Positions 1 through 11,167 of a DNA stretch of 64,000 bases are shown here, in pieces; within the stretch, counting starts at the first letter, position 1; the number at the start of each line of letters is the position of its first letter. A program made the position numbers and the translations under genes. Source of the stretch: an uncultured Acidobacteriota bacterium (lineage in GTDB: Bacteria > Acidobacteriota > Vicinamibacteria > Fen-336); contig OY970399.1 in NCBI GenBank assembly GCA_963720545.1, positions 2,912,001 through 2,976,000 of the forward strand, read 5' to 3'. A model generated the notes under the pieces. That model was not told the DNA's origin. It did not search any database and saw only the letters and a list, made by a program, of their open reading frames with translations.

Positions 1-1
1 A

Positions 2-424
2 GAGCTGGCGGCCCTGCCCGCCGCGGCGGCGGCGCTGGCGGAGCTGCGCACCACGCTCGACGCGCTCACGGCCGCGGGACTGGGCGAGCGCATCAGCGTG
101 GACCTGGGGGAGGCGGCCGGCCTCGACTACTACACCGGGCTGGTGTTTCGCATCTATGCGCCGCGGCTCGGCTTCGACGTCGGCGCCGGTGGCCGCTACG
201 ACCGGCTGCTGTCGCGCTTCGGCCGCGACCTGCCGGCGGTCGGCTTCATGCTCGGCCTCGACCGCGTCGCGCTGCTGCTCGAGAAGCAGGGCGCGGCGCA
301 GGCACCGCAGCTGCCGCCAGCGGCCCGCGTCGGCGGCGACGACATCGCGGCGGGCTTGCGCGAGGCCCGCGCCCGCCGCGCGCGCGGTGAACGGGTCCGC
401 TTCGGCGGCGGCGGGCGCGCGTGA
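2..424 (+). CDS. hisZ: ATP phosphoribosyltransferase regulatory subunit HisZ (5'-truncated by window edge)
   Basis: HisRS-like motifs 'LDYYTGLVF', 'GAGGRYDRLL', 'PAVGFMLGLDR'; frame open from base 2; directly upstream of short-form hisG. Confidence 0.9.
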   Translation, partial: ELAALPAAAAALAELRTTLDALTAAGLGERISVDLGEAAGLDYYTGLVFRIYAPRLGFDVGAGGRYDRLLSRFGRDLPAVGFMLGLDRVALLLEKQGAAQAPQLPPAARVGGDDIAAGLREARARRARGERVRFGGGGRA

Positions 425-1041
425 CGCTCACGGTCGCGCTCGCGAAGGGCCGCCTGTTCGGCGAAGCCGAAGCGCTCTTCCGTCGCGCAGGCCTCGCGTT
501 CCCCGCAGCGGAGACGCGCAAGCTGGTGGTCGACGCGGGCGGCCTGCGCTACCTGCTGGTCAAGGACAAGGACGTGCCGGTCTACGTCGAGTACGGCGTC
601 GCCGATTGCGGCATCGCCGGCCGCGACAACCTGCTCGAGACCGGGAGCGACGTGTACGAGCCGCTCGACCTGGGCGTCGGCCGCTGCCGCATCGTGCTCG
701 CGGCGCGCGCCGGCGCGTCGTTCTCGCCGCGCTCGGCCTCCACGGTGCGGGTCGCGACCAAGTATCCCGGCATCGCCGCAGCTTATTTCCGCGAGCAGGG
801 TGTCTCCGCCGAAGTGGTGGCGCTCTCGGGTTCGGTCGAGCTCGCCCCGGCCGTTGGCCTCGCCGACTGCATCGTGGACATCGTGCAGACCGGCCGCACG
901 CTCGCGGACAACGGCCTCGAAGTGGTGGCGGAGATCGGCGTGTCGAGCGCGCGCTTCATCGTCAACCGCGCGAGCTTTCATGCGCGCCGCGAGGAGATCG
1001 GGGCGCTCGTGGCGAAGCTGAGGCAGGCATTGTGCGGCTGA
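421..1041 (+). CDS. hisG: ATP phosphoribosyltransferase, short form
   Basis: 'VALAKGRL', 'DVPVYVEYGVADCGIAGRD', 'VATKYP', 'GSVELAP..GLADCIVDIVQTGRTL'; 206 aa, no C-terminal regulatory domain. Confidence 0.95.
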   Translation: MTLTVALAKGRLFGEAEALFRRAGLAFPAAETRKLVVDAGGLRYLLVKDKDVPVYVEYGVADCGIAGRDNLLETGSDVYEPLDLGVGRCRIVLAARAGASFSPRSASTVRVATKYPGIAAAYFREQGVSAEVVALSGSVELAPAVGLADCIVDIVQTGRTLADNGLEVVAEIGVSSARFIVNRASFHARREEIGALVAKLRQALCG

Positions 1042-2318
1042 TGCGCTACGGCTCGCCGCAGTGGCGCCGTTACCTGCGCGAAGCGGCGGTCGAGGGACGC
1101 GCGTCGCCGGCGGTGGCGCGCCAGGTGGCGGCGATCGTCGCGGCCGTGCGGCGCGACGGCGACAGCGCGCTGCGCCGCTACACCGCGCGCTTCGACGGCA
1201 TCGAGCTGCCTGCCGGCGGCATCCGCGTCCGGCCCGACGCCCTGCGCGCCGCGGCCGAACGTGCGCCGGCACCGCTGGTGCGCTCGCTGCGCGCCGCCGC
1301 GCGCCGCATCGAGGCGTTCCACCGCCGCCAGCAGGCGAATGGCTTCAGGATGCGTCTTGCCGACGGCAGCGTCATCGGCGAGGACGTACACGCGATCCCG
1401 TCGGCGGGCCTGTACGTGCCGGGCGGCGCCGGCGCGTATCCCTCGTCGGTGCTGATGAACGCGATACCGGCGCGCGTTGCCGGCGTGCCGCGGCTCGCGG
1501 TGACGACACCGCCGCGCGCCCTGCAGGAAAACCCGGCGCTTGCCGCCGCGCTCGTCATCGCCGGCGCCGAGGACAACGTGTTCGGCGTCGGCGGCGCGCA
1601 GGCGATCGCGGCACTCGCGTACGGCACACGCACCATCGAGCGCGTCGATCGCATCGTCGGACCGGGCAATGCGTACGTCACCGCGGCCAAGGCGCTGGTG
1701 CGCGGCACGGTCGAGATCGACCATGAGGCCGGGCCCAGCGAGGTGCTGATCCTCGCCGACGGTTCGGCGCGCGCCGAGTGGGTCGCGGCCGACCTGCTGG
1801 CGCAGGCCGAGCACGGCAGCGGCGACGAGCGCGTAGTCCTCGTGACCACCTCGCTGCGCCTCGCCCGGCAAGTGCGGGCGCTGGTTGTCTCGGGCACCGC
1901 GCGCGTCGCGAATCCTGTGCGCGCCAGCCGCGCGGTGCGGCTGCGCGCGGCGGCGGTCCTGGTCGCGAACCTCGCGGACGGCATCGCCGCCGCCAATGCC
2001 CTTGCCCTCGAGCATGCCGAAATCATGACTCGCCATGCCGCCGCGGTGGCGAAACGCATCGTCGCCGGTGCCGTGTTCGCGGGCGCGCACTCGCCGGTTG
2101 CGGTGGGCGACTATGGCATCGGCCCCAACCACGTGCTGCCCACCGGCGGCCGGGCGCGCGCAGCCTCGCCGCTGTCGGTGCGCGATTTCGAGCGGCGCCA
2201 GAGCTATGTGTCGCTGACGCCGCGCGGCCTGCTCGGTGTGGCACGCGACGTGGTGCGGATCGCGCAGGCCGAGGGCTTCGTCGGCCATGCGCGCAGCGTC
2301 CTCGTGAGGACCTCGTGA
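1041..2318 (+). CDS. hisD: histidinol dehydrogenase
   Basis: 'GLYVPGG', 'GGAQAIAALAYGT', 'GPGNAYV', 'AGPSEVL', 'DLLAQAEH', 'GPNHVLPT'; ATG overlaps hisG stop. Confidence 0.95.
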   Translation: MRYGSPQWRRYLREAAVEGRASPAVARQVAAIVAAVRRDGDSALRRYTARFDGIELPAGGIRVRPDALRAAAERAPAPLVRSLRAAARRIEAFHRRQQANGFRMRLADGSVIGEDVHAIPSAGLYVPGGAGAYPSSVLMNAIPARVAGVPRLAVTTPPRALQENPALAAALVIAGAEDNVFGVGGAQAIAALAYGTRTIERVDRIVGPGNAYVTAAKALVRGTVEIDHEAGPSEVLILADGSARAEWVAADLLAQAEHGSGDERVVLVTTSLRLARQVRALVVSGTARVANPVRASRAVRLRAAAVLVANLADGIAAANALALEHAEIMTRHAAAVAKRIVAGAVFAGAHSPVAVGDYGIGPNHVLPTGGRARAASPLSVRDFERRQSYVSLTPRGLLGVARDVVRIAQAEGFVGHARSVLVRTS

Positions 2319-3418
2319 GCGCGAACCCGCTCGACTTCATCAAGCCGGCGGTGCTGCGCGCCGCCGCCTACACGCTCGAACCGCACCGCGCCGCGGTGAA
2401 GATCAACCAGAACGAGAACCCGTTCGACCTGCCCGAGCCGCTGAAGCGCCGCGTCCTCGAGCGCGCGATGCAGCGCTCCTGGAACCGCTATCCCGACTTC
2501 GCTCCCGCCGGGCTGCTCGCGGCGCTGGCGCGGCACACCGGCTGGCGCGCCGACGGCATCCTCGCGGGCAACGGGTCGAACGAGCTCATCGAGGCGGCGC
2601 TGCGCGTCACCGTCGGCGAAGGCGTGCGGGTGGTGATTCCCGAACCCACCTTCAGCCTGTACGCGCTGCTCACCGGCCTTCTCGGCGGCGAGGCGGTGCG
2701 CGCCGGCCTCGGTCCCGACTATGCCTATGACGTGGAAGCGCTGATCGCGGTGCAGCAGGCGAGCGAGGCGGCGGTCACCATCGTCTGCTCGCCCAACAAC
2801 CCGACGGGTTCGGCGCTCTCCGCCGCGGACATCGAGGCGCTGTGCAGCGCCGTCAACGGCCTGGTTATCGTGGACGAGGCGTACGGCGAATTCGCCGGCT
2901 GGAGCGCGGTGCCGCTGCTCGACGCGCATCCCAACCTGATCGTGCTCAAGACCTTCTCCAAGGCGATGGCGATGGGCGGGCTGCGCGTCGGCTATTTGCT
3001 GGCGTCGCCGGCGTTGGCGGCGCAGGTGGACAAGGCGCGCCTGCCCTACAACCTCAACATCTTCTCGCAGGAGGCAGCGCTCGCGGTGCTCGAGGACGAC
3101 GCGCGCAAAAGCCTCGCTCACACGGTGCGGCGCCTCGTCGAGGAGCGCGAACGAGTGTTCGCGGCACTCCGGGCGACCTCCGGTGTCGAGCCCTATCCAT
3201 CGCAGGCGAACTTCATCTTGTTCTCGCTGGCGGCTTCCGAGCCGCAGGCGGTGTTTGCGGCGCTTCTTGAAAGGGGAGTCCTGGTGCGCGACGTGTCGGG
3301 CGGCAAAAGGCTTGCGGGATGCCTGCGGGTGAGCATCGGCAGCGAGCAGGAAAACAACCGCTTTCTCGCGGCGCTGCGCGAACTGCTGGCGCAGTCCGCG
3401 GCGGGAGCGCGCTCGTGA
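2315..3418 (+). CDS. hisC: histidinol-phosphate aminotransferase
   Basis: 'NQNENP', 'GNGSNELI', 'CSPNNPTG', 'VDEAY', 'KTFSKAMAMGGLRVGY'; GTGA overlap with hisD. Confidence 0.93.
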   Translation: MSANPLDFIKPAVLRAAAYTLEPHRAAVKINQNENPFDLPEPLKRRVLERAMQRSWNRYPDFAPAGLLAALARHTGWRADGILAGNGSNELIEAALRVTVGEGVRVVIPEPTFSLYALLTGLLGGEAVRAGLGPDYAYDVEALIAVQQASEAAVTIVCSPNNPTGSALSAADIEALCSAVNGLVIVDEAYGEFAGWSAVPLLDAHPNLIVLKTFSKAMAMGGLRVGYLLASPALAAQVDKARLPYNLNIFSQEAALAVLEDDARKSLAHTVRRLVEERERVFAALRATSGVEPYPSQANFILFSLAASEPQAVFAALLERGVLVRDVSGGKRLAGCLRVSIGSEQENNRFLAALRELLAQSAAGARS

Positions 3419-4002
3419 AACGCACGGCGAAGGTGGTACGCAAGACGAAGGAAACGGACATTGCGTTGTCGCTTGGCCTCGACGGCATCGGCAAGGCGAA
3501 GGCCGGCACCGGCGTCGGCTTCCTCGACCACATGCTGGAGGCGCTCGCCAAGCACGCGCGGTTCGACCTCGCGGTGCGCTGCAAGGGCGACCTGCACGTG
3601 GACGCGCACCACACGGTCGAGGACGTTGGCATCGCCTTTGGCCAGGCGTTGCGCGCGGCGCTCGGCGACAAGCGCGGCATCGTGCGCTTTGGCCATGCGT
3701 ACGTGCCGCTCGACGAAGCGCTGTCGCGCTGCGTCATCGACATCTCGGGACGTCCCTACCTGCACTTCGGCGTCACCTTCAAGGCGCGCCAGGTGGGCGC
3801 CATGCCCACCGAGCTGTTCGAGGATTTCTTCTGGGCGGTCGCCGACCATGCCCGCATCAGCATCCACCTCGAGAACATCCGTGGCCGCAACGCGCACCAC
3901 ATCGCCGAGACGCTCTTCAAGTCGACGGCACGCGCGCTGGCGATGGCGGTGGCGAAGGACCCGCGCATCAAGGGAGTGCCGAGCACCAAGGGCAGCCTTT
4001 GA
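3415..4002 (+). CDS. hisB: imidazoleglycerol-phosphate dehydratase
   Basis: 'RKTKETDI', 'GFLDHML', 'DAHHTVED', 'NAHHIAE', 'PSTKG'. Confidence 0.96.
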   Translation: MKRTAKVVRKTKETDIALSLGLDGIGKAKAGTGVGFLDHMLEALAKHARFDLAVRCKGDLHVDAHHTVEDVGIAFGQALRAALGDKRGIVRFGHAYVPLDEALSRCVIDISGRPYLHFGVTFKARQVGAMPTELFEDFFWAVADHARISIHLENIRGRNAHHIAETLFKSTARALAMAVAKDPRIKGVPSTKGSL

Positions 4003-4610
4003 TCGCGGTCGTGGACTACGGCGTCGGCAATCTGGGCAGTGCGCTGAAGGCGTTCCGCCATGTCGGCGCGGACGCCGTGCTTTCCGGCGACCCAGGCGTG
4101 CTGCAGTCCGCGGACGCCCTGGTGCTGCCCGGCGACGGCGCCTTCGGCGCCACCATGGACGAGATCGAGGCGCGCGGCCTGACACCGTTGCTGCGCGCCG
4201 CGGCGGAGCAGAAAAAGCCGCTGCTCGGCATCTGCGTCGGCATGCAGGTCCTGTTCGAGGACAGCGACGAGCAGGGCGCGCACCGCGGCCTCTCTCTGCT
4301 GCGCGGCTCCGTGCGGCGGTTGCGCGGCGCGCGCGTGGTGCCGCACATGGGCTGGAACACCCTCGCTTTCGCCGCGCGCCGCGCGCACCCGATCCTCGAC
4401 GGCGTGGCGGACGGCGCCTACGCATTCTTCGTTCACTCGTACGCGTGCGCCGCGGATGCCGAGAGCGTGGTCGCGACCACGAGCTACGGCGAAGATTTCG
4501 CGGCGATCGTCGCCGCGGGCAGCATCGTGGCCATGCAGTTCCATCCCGAGAAGAGCCAGGCGGTGGGGCTGCGCCTCATCGAGAACTTCGTGCGCTGGAG
4601 CCGCGCATGA
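3999..4610 (+). CDS. hisH: imidazole glycerol phosphate synthase, glutaminase subunit
   Basis: 'VDYGVGNLGS', 'GICVGMQ', 'PHMGWN', 'FVHSY', 'QFHPEKS'. Confidence 0.96.
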   Translation: MIAVVDYGVGNLGSALKAFRHVGADAVLSGDPGVLQSADALVLPGDGAFGATMDEIEARGLTPLLRAAAEQKKPLLGICVGMQVLFEDSDEQGAHRGLSLLRGSVRRLRGARVVPHMGWNTLAFAARRAHPILDGVADGAYAFFVHSYACAADAESVVATTSYGEDFAAIVAAGSIVAMQFHPEKSQAVGLRLIENFVRWSRA

Positions 4611-5341
4611 GCCGCCTCACGGTGGTTCCCGCCATCGACCTGCGCCATGGCCGCGTGGTGCGCCTGTGGCAGGGCGACGTCGGCGCGCTCACCGTCTACG
4701 GAGACGATCCCGTGGCGGTGGCGCAGCGCTTCCAGGCCGAAGGCGCCGAGCGCCTGCACGTCGTCGACCTCGACGCGGCCGTGGACGGCAACCCGCAGTT
4801 CGCGGCGGTCGCGGCGATCATCGCGGCGCTTGCGATCCCGGTGGGCGTCGGCGGCGGCATCCGCACGCTGGAGGCGGCGGCGCGCTACCGCGACGCGGGC
4901 GCCGAGCGCCTGGTGTTCGGCACCGCGGCGGTCATCGCTCCGGCGGTGGTGCAGCAGGCGGCGCGCGACTGGCCGGGCGCCGTTGCGGTCGCGATCGACG
5001 CGAAGGCCGGCCAGGTGATGATCACCGGCTGGACCGAGACCACACCGCTGCGCGCCACAGACCTGGCGAAGCGCATCACCGGCTGGGGCGTGGGCCGCAT
5101 CCAGTACACGGACGTAGCGCGCGACGGCACCTTCCGCGGTCCCGACATCGAGGGCGTGGCAGCGCTCGCGGCGGTGTGCGCGGCGCGCTTCACTCTCAGC
5201 GGCGGCGTCGCCGAAGCGGCGGAGGTGGCGGACGCGGCGCTCCGGTTGAGCGCGCAGGTCGATGAGATCATCATCGGCAAGGCGCTCTACGACGGGCGTT
5301 TCACGTTCGCGCAGGCGCGAGCGGCAGCGGAGGTGGCTTAG
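4607..5341 (+). CDS. hisA: ProFAR isomerase (phosphoribosylformimino-5-aminoimidazole carboxamide ribotide isomerase)
   Basis: 'PAIDLRHGRVVRL.QG', 'LHVVDLD', 'GGGIR', 'YTDVARDGT'; ATGA overlap with hisH. Confidence 0.93.
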   Translation: MSRLTVVPAIDLRHGRVVRLWQGDVGALTVYGDDPVAVAQRFQAEGAERLHVVDLDAAVDGNPQFAAVAAIIAALAIPVGVGGGIRTLEAAARYRDAGAERLVFGTAAVIAPAVVQQAARDWPGAVAVAIDAKAGQVMITGWTETTPLRATDLAKRITGWGVGRIQYTDVARDGTFRGPDIEGVAALAAVCAARFTLSGGVAEAAEVADAALRLSAQVDEIIIGKALYDGRFTFAQARAAAEVA

Positions 5342-6111
<770 letters not shown>

Positions 6112-6115
<4 letters not shown>

Positions 6116-6738
6116 GCGCGACGCTCGCCGTGCCCGAGCGGATCGCCTTCGACGAGCGCGGACTGGTGCCGGTCATCGTGCAGGACGACCGCAGCGGCGA
6201 CGTGCTGATGCTGGCGTACGCCAATGGCGACGCGCTGCAGGCCACGGTGCGCAGCGGCGAAGCGCATTTCTGGAGCCGCTCACGCCGGCGCCTGTGGAAG
6301 AAGGGCGAGTCGTCGGGGCGGCTGCTGGTGGTGCGCGAGATCCGCGCCGACTGCGACGGCGATGCGATCCTTTACGTGGTCGATCCGATCTCGCCCACCT
6401 GCCACACCGGCGACCGCACCTGCTTCGGCGACGCCACGGCAACCTCCGCGGGCGTGCTGGCCGAGGTGGAGCGCGTGGTGAACGAGCGCATCCGCAAGCC
6501 GGTCGCGGGCTCGTACACCAACCGTCTCCTCGACGACCCTTCGGACCTCGACCTGAAGAAGCTCGGCGAGGAGGCGACCGAGGTGGTGCTGGCGGCCAAG
6601 GGCGAAAGCGACGAGCGGCTCGCCGAGGAGGCCGCCGACCTGCTGTACCACCTGGTGGTGGCGCTGCGCCGTCGCAAGCTCGACCTGCGCGCGCCGCTCG
6701 AAGTGCTGCGCCGCCGGCGCCGAACGCCGCGGCCGTGA
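6112..6738 (+). CDS. hisIE: bifunctional phosphoribosyl-AMP cyclohydrolase / phosphoribosyl-ATP pyrophosphatase
   Basis: '[15 protein letters not shown]', 'DCDGD', 'TCHTG..TCF', then 'SYT', 'KKLGEEATE', 'EEAADLLYH'. Confidence 0.93.
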
Positions 6739-8159
6739 GGTCGCTCGGCTTCGACGACTACGAGCGGCACTCCGCCGAGGGCCGCTCGGTGCCGGTTTAT
6801 CGCGAGGTGCCCGGCGACCGGCACACGCCGGTGTCGGCGTTCCTCTCGCTGTGCGCCCGAAGCCCGCAGGCGTTCCTGTTCGAGAGCGTCGTCGGCGGCG
6901 AGCGCATCGCCCGCTACTCCTTCCTCGGCCGCAATCCCGAGTCGGCGCTGCGCTTCGACGCGAGCGGCGCCGCGGCATTTCCTGCCGACCTGCGCCAGGC
7001 CCTGCGCCGCCAGGCCGTGGAGGTGCCGGGGCTGCCGCGCTTCACCGGCGGCGCCGTCGGCCACCTCAGCTACGACGCGGTGCGCCTCTTCGAGAACCTG
7101 CCCGACCGGCACGCGCCGTCCGCGGCGCCGCTCGCCGCTTTCGGCATCTATCGCAGCATCGTTGCCTTCGACCACGTGCTGCAGCGCATCGTCCTCATCA
7201 GCCATGCCGAGCCCGGCAGCCGCGCGGCCTACGACGCTGCAGTGGCGCAGCTCGACAGCCTCGAGGACGACCTGGAGCGCGCCGCGCCGCCGCGCGCGGC
7301 CTCGCCACGCCGCCGCGGCGCGCCACCGGCGCCGCCGCCGGGCTTCGCGGACGGCGCGTCCTATCGCGGCGCCGTGCTGCGCGCCAAGGAATACATCGCG
7401 GCGGGCGACGCCTTCCAGGTGGTGCTGTCGCGCCAGGCGCACATCGAAACCGCGGCCGACCCGTTCGCCGTGTACCGCGCGCTGCGCATGATCAACCCCT
7501 CGCCCTACATGTACTTCATCCGCGACGGCGCCGCGGCCATCGCCGGCGCCTCGCCCGAAATGCTGGTGCGCGTCGAGGGCCGCCACGTCGAGACCCGGCC
7601 CATCGCCGGCACCCGCCGCCGCGGTGCCACGGCAGCGGAAGACGAGGCGCTCGCGGCGGAACTGCTCGCCGACCCAAAGGAGCGCGCCGAGCACCTGATG
7701 CTCGTGGACCTCGGCCGCAACGACGTCGGCCGCGTCAGCCGCTTCGGCACCGTTGCGGTGCCGGAGTTCATGGCGGTGGAGCGCTACTCGCACGTCGCGC
7801 ACCTGGTGAGCCTGGTGAGCGGCGAGCTGCGGGACGGCTGCGACGCGCTCGACGCGCTGGTCGCGACCTTTCCGGCGGGCACGCTGTCCGGCGCGCCGAA
7901 GATCCGGGCGATGGAGATCATCGACGAACTCGAGGGCGCGCGCCGCGGCGTCTACGGCGGCGCCGTCGGCTACTTCGACCTGCGCGGCAACCTCGATTTC
8001 TGCATCGCCATCCGCACCGTGAGCTTCGACGGCAGCACCGCCACGGTGCAGGCCGGCGCCGGCATCGTGGCCGACTCCGACCCGGCCGCCGAGGAGCGCG
8101 AGACCGAAGCGAAGGCGGCGGCGATGCTCGAAGCGCTGGCGCTCGCCGAGGCCTTGTGA
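6735..8159 (+). CDS. trpE: anthranilate synthase component I
   Basis: '[16 protein letters not shown]', 'GDAFQVVLS', 'NPSPYMY', '[16 protein letters not shown]', '[11 protein letters not shown]'; GTGA overlap with hisIE. Confidence 0.93.
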   Translation: MRSLGFDDYERHSAEGRSVPVYREVPGDRHTPVSAFLSLCARSPQAFLFESVVGGERIARYSFLGRNPESALRFDASGAAAFPADLRQALRRQAVEVPGLPRFTGGAVGHLSYDAVRLFENLPDRHAPSAAPLAAFGIYRSIVAFDHVLQRIVLISHAEPGSRAAYDAAVAQLDSLEDDLERAAPPRAASPRRRGAPPAPPPGFADGASYRGAVLRAKEYIAAGDAFQVVLSRQAHIETAADPFAVYRALRMINPSPYMYFIRDGAAAIAGASPEMLVRVEGRHVETRPIAGTRRRGATAAEDEALAAELLADPKERAEHLMLVDLGRNDVGRVSRFGTVAVPEFMAVERYSHVAHLVSLVSGELRDGCDALDALVATFPAGTLSGAPKIRAMEIIDELEGARRGVYGGAVGYFDLRGNLDFCIAIRTVSFDGSTATVQAGAGIVADSDPAAEERETEAKAAAMLEALALAEAL

Positions 8160-8731
8160 TCCTGCTGCTCGACAACTACGACTCGTTCACCTGGAACCTC
8201 TACCAGTACCTCGGCGAGCTGGGCGCCGAGACCCGCGTGGTGCGCAACGACGCGCTCACCGCGGATGCGGCGCTCGCGCTGCGGCCCGCGCGCATCGTGA
8301 TCTCGCCGGGGCCCGGCACGCCGGCGCGCGCCGGCATCAGCATCGAGCTCGTGAGGCAGGCGGCCGCGGCGGGCGTGCCGGTGCTCGGCGTGTGCCTGGG
8401 GCACCAGGCGATCGGCGCGGCGTTCGGCGGCCGCATCGTGCGCGCGGCGCGCGCCATGCACGGCAAGACGTCGGCGATCCACCACGACGGGCGGACGCTC
8501 TTCGCCGGCCAGCCGAACCCGCTGACGGCGACGCGTTACCATTCCCTCATCGTGGAGAAGGAAACGCTGCCCGCGACCCTCGAGGTGAGCGCCTGGAGCG
8601 GGGAAGGCGGCGAGATCATGGGGCTGCGCCACCGCACCTTGCCGATCGAGGGCGTCCAGTTCCATCCCGAGAGCCTGATGACGCAGGGCGGCCTCGAGCT
8701 GCTGCGCGGGTTCCTCGCCGGCGGCCGCTGA
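8156..8731 (+). CDS. trpG: anthranilate synthase component II (glutamine amidotransferase)
   Basis: '[12 protein letters not shown]', 'ISPGPG', 'GVCLGHQ', 'RYHSL', 'GVQFHPES'. Confidence 0.93.
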   Translation: MILLLDNYDSFTWNLYQYLGELGAETRVVRNDALTADAALALRPARIVISPGPGTPARAGISIELVRQAAAAGVPVLGVCLGHQAIGAAFGGRIVRAARAMHGKTSAIHHDGRTLFAGQPNPLTATRYHSLIVEKETLPATLEVSAWSGEGGEIMGLRHRTLPIEGVQFHPESLMTQGGLELLRGFLAGGR

Positions 8732-8733
8732 CG

Positions 8734-9744
8734 ATGAGCGCGCTCCTGCGTGAACACCTCGCGACGGTCATGAGCGGCGCAGCGCTCAACGAGGCGCAGG
8801 CGGGCGGCGCCATGGGCGAGATCATGGACGGCGCCGCCTCGGACGCACAGATCGGCGCGCTGCTCGGGGCACTCGCGGCCCGCGGCGAGACCGAGGACGA
8901 GATCGTCGGGTTCGCGCGGGCCATGCGCGAGCGGGCGCTGCCGCTGCGCTCCGCGGACGCCGTCGACACCTGCGGCACCGGCGGCGACGGCGCGCCCACG
9001 TTCAACATCTCGACGGTCGCTTCGCTGGTGGTGGCGGCCTGCGGCGTGCCGGTGGTGAAGCACGGCAACCGCTCGGCTTCGGGCCGCGCCGGCAGCGCCG
9101 ACCTGCTGGAGGCCCTCGGCGTGCGCATCGACGCGCCGGTCGAGCGCGTGCAGCAAAGCCTCGACGACACCGGCTGGACGTTCCTGTTTGCACCGGCGTT
9201 TCACGCCGCCACCAGGCACGCGGCGGCGGCGCGGCGTGCGCTCGGCGTGCGCACCGTGTTCAACCTGCTCGGCCCGCTCACCAACCCTGCGCGTCCGCGC
9301 GCGCAGCTCGTCGGCGTGCCGCGCGCCGCGCTGGTGCCTGTCCTGGCACGCTGCCTGCGCCGGCTCGGCACCGAGGCGGCGTGGGTGGTTCACGGCGGCG
9401 GCTGCGACGAGTTGACCCTGTGCGGCGAGACCAGCGTGGCCGCGTTCGGCGCGGCCGGTGCGAGCACCTTCACCGTGAGCGCCGCCGACGCCGGCCTTGC
9501 GGCAGCCGGCGCCGAGAGCATCGGCTCGGGCTCGCTCGGCGAAAGTGTCGCGATCGCGCGCGAGGTCCTCGGCGGCGGCCGCGGTCCGCGCCGCGACGTG
9601 GTGCTGCTCAACAGCGCCGCCGTGCTGCTCGTCTGCGGCAAGGTCGCGAGCCTGCGCGAAGGAGTGGCACTTGCGCAGGAGGCGCTCGAGCGTGGCGCGC
9701 CGCGCACGCTGCTCGAAAACGCCACCCGGGCGCTCGCCGGATGA
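8734..9744 (+). CDS. trpD: anthranilate phosphoribosyltransferase
   Basis: 'DTCGTGGDG..TFNIST', 'KHGNRSASG..GSADLLEALG', 'RTVFNLLGPLTNP'. Confidence 0.96.
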   Translation: MSALLREHLATVMSGAALNEAQAGGAMGEIMDGAASDAQIGALLGALAARGETEDEIVGFARAMRERALPLRSADAVDTCGTGGDGAPTFNISTVASLVVAACGVPVVKHGNRSASGRAGSADLLEALGVRIDAPVERVQQSLDDTGWTFLFAPAFHAATRHAAAARRALGVRTVFNLLGPLTNPARPRAQLVGVPRAALVPVLARCLRRLGTEAAWVVHGGGCDELTLCGETSVAAFGAAGASTFTVSAADAGLAAAGAESIGSGSLGESVAIAREVLGGGRGPRRDVVLLNSAAVLLVCGKVASLREGVALAQEALERGAPRTLLENATRALAG

Positions 9745-10544
9745 CGTCGAGCGCCGGCATCCCCACGCTCGAGGCGATCGTGGCGCGCGTGCGCACGCGG
9801 CTCGCCGCGCAACCCGCAGCGGCGGCCGGGGCAGCGCGGGTTCGCGCCACCGCGCCGCGCGGGTTTCGCAAGTCGCTGCAGCTCCCGGGCCGCCGCATCA
9901 TCGCCGAGTTCAAGCGGCGCTCGCCGTCGCGCGGCGTGATCCGCGCCGATCTCGCGCCGCAGGACGCCGCCCGCGCCTACGAAGACGGCGGCGCGGCGGC
10001 GCTCTCGGTTCTCACCGAACCCGAGTTCTTCGACGGCGCGCTCGCCGACCTGGTCGCGGCGCGCGCCGCGGTGGCGCTGCCGGTGCTGCGCAAGGATTTC
10101 ATCGTTGCCGAGTCGCAGATCGAGGAAGCGTGGCTGGCGGGCGCGGATGCCGTGCTGCTGATCGTGGCCGCGCTCGATCCGGCGGCCCTGGCGCGGCTGC
10201 GCGCCAACGCCGCGCGTCTCGGGCTCGATGCGCTGGTCGAGGTGCACGACCGCGCCGAGCTGGAGGTGGCGCTCGCCGCCGGCGCCGACCTCATCGGCGT
10301 CAACAGCCGCAACCTGCGGACCATGGAGGTGCGCCTCGAGACGGCGCTGGCGCTCGGGCCGCTCATTCCGCAAGGTGTCGTCGCCGTCGCCGAGAGCGGC
10401 ATCGCGTCGCGTGCCGACGTGGACCAGCTGGCCGCGGCGGGCTACCGTGCCTTCCTGGTCGGCGAGACCCTGATGCGCGCTTCGGATCCGGCGGCCGCGC
10501 TGCGCGAACTTGGCGCCGCCGGCCCGGCCGTGCCATCGTCATGA
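9741..10544 (+). CDS. trpC: indole-3-glycerol phosphate synthase
   Basis: '[13 protein letters not shown]', 'LSVLTE', 'LRKDF', 'GADAVLLI', 'IGVNSRNL', 'AESGI'. Confidence 0.96.
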   Translation: MTSSAGIPTLEAIVARVRTRLAAQPAAAAGAARVRATAPRGFRKSLQLPGRRIIAEFKRRSPSRGVIRADLAPQDAARAYEDGGAAALSVLTEPEFFDGALADLVAARAAVALPVLRKDFIVAESQIEEAWLAGADAVLLIVAALDPAALARLRANAARLGLDALVEVHDRAELEVALAAGADLIGVNSRNLRTMEVRLETALALGPLIPQGVVAVAESGIASRADVDQLAAAGYRAFLVGETLMRASDPAAALRELGAAGPAVPSS

Positions 10545-11167
10545 AGAATCACGTGCTGGTGAAGATCTGCGGAATCACGCGCGCCAGGGACGCCGCCGCG
10601 GCCGTTGCGGCCGGCGCCGATGCGGTCGGCTTCGTCTTCTGGCCGCGCAGCCCGCGCGCCGTGACGCCCGAAGCCGCGCGCGCCATCGGCGCGTCGCTGC
10701 CGCCCGCGGTGCTGCGCGTCGGTGTGTTCGTCGATGCCGAACCCGAGGAGCTGCGGCGCACTGCCGACGCAGCGAACCTCGACGTGCTGCAGCTGCACGG
10801 CGAAGAACCGCCGGCGCTGCTCGGTTCGCTGCCGCGGCCCGCGTGGAAGGCGCTGCGCGCCGACCACAACCTGTCGCCGGCGCTGCTGGTTCGCTACCGC
10901 GGCATGAGCGGCATCCTGCTCGACTCGCCCACGGCGGCGCGCGGCGGCAGCGGCCAGGTGTTCGACTGGTCGCTGGCGGCCGCCGTGCGCGCATACGCGC
11001 CGTACCTGATCCTCGCCGGCGGCCTCGACGCGGCGAACGTCGCGCACGCCCTGAAGGCGGCGAGACCCGATGGTGTGGACGTCTCGAGCGGCGTCGAGAC
11101 CGCGCCCGGCGTGAAGGATCACGCCAAAGTGCGCGATTTCGTCGCCGCGGTGCGGGCGGTCTCGTGA
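10541..11167 (+). CDS. trpF: phosphoribosylanthranilate isomerase
   Basis: 'VKICGIT', 'QLHGEE', 'GGSGQVFDW', 'LAGGL', 'VDVSSGVE'. Confidence 0.96.
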   Translation: MKNHVLVKICGITRARDAAAAVAAGADAVGFVFWPRSPRAVTPEAARAIGASLPPAVLRVGVFVDAEPEELRRTADAANLDVLQLHGEEPPALLGSLPRPAWKALRADHNLSPALLVRYRGMSGILLDSPTAARGGSGQVFDWSLAAAVRAYAPYLILAGGLDAANVAHALKAARPDGVDVSSGVETAPGVKDHAKVRDFVAAVRAVS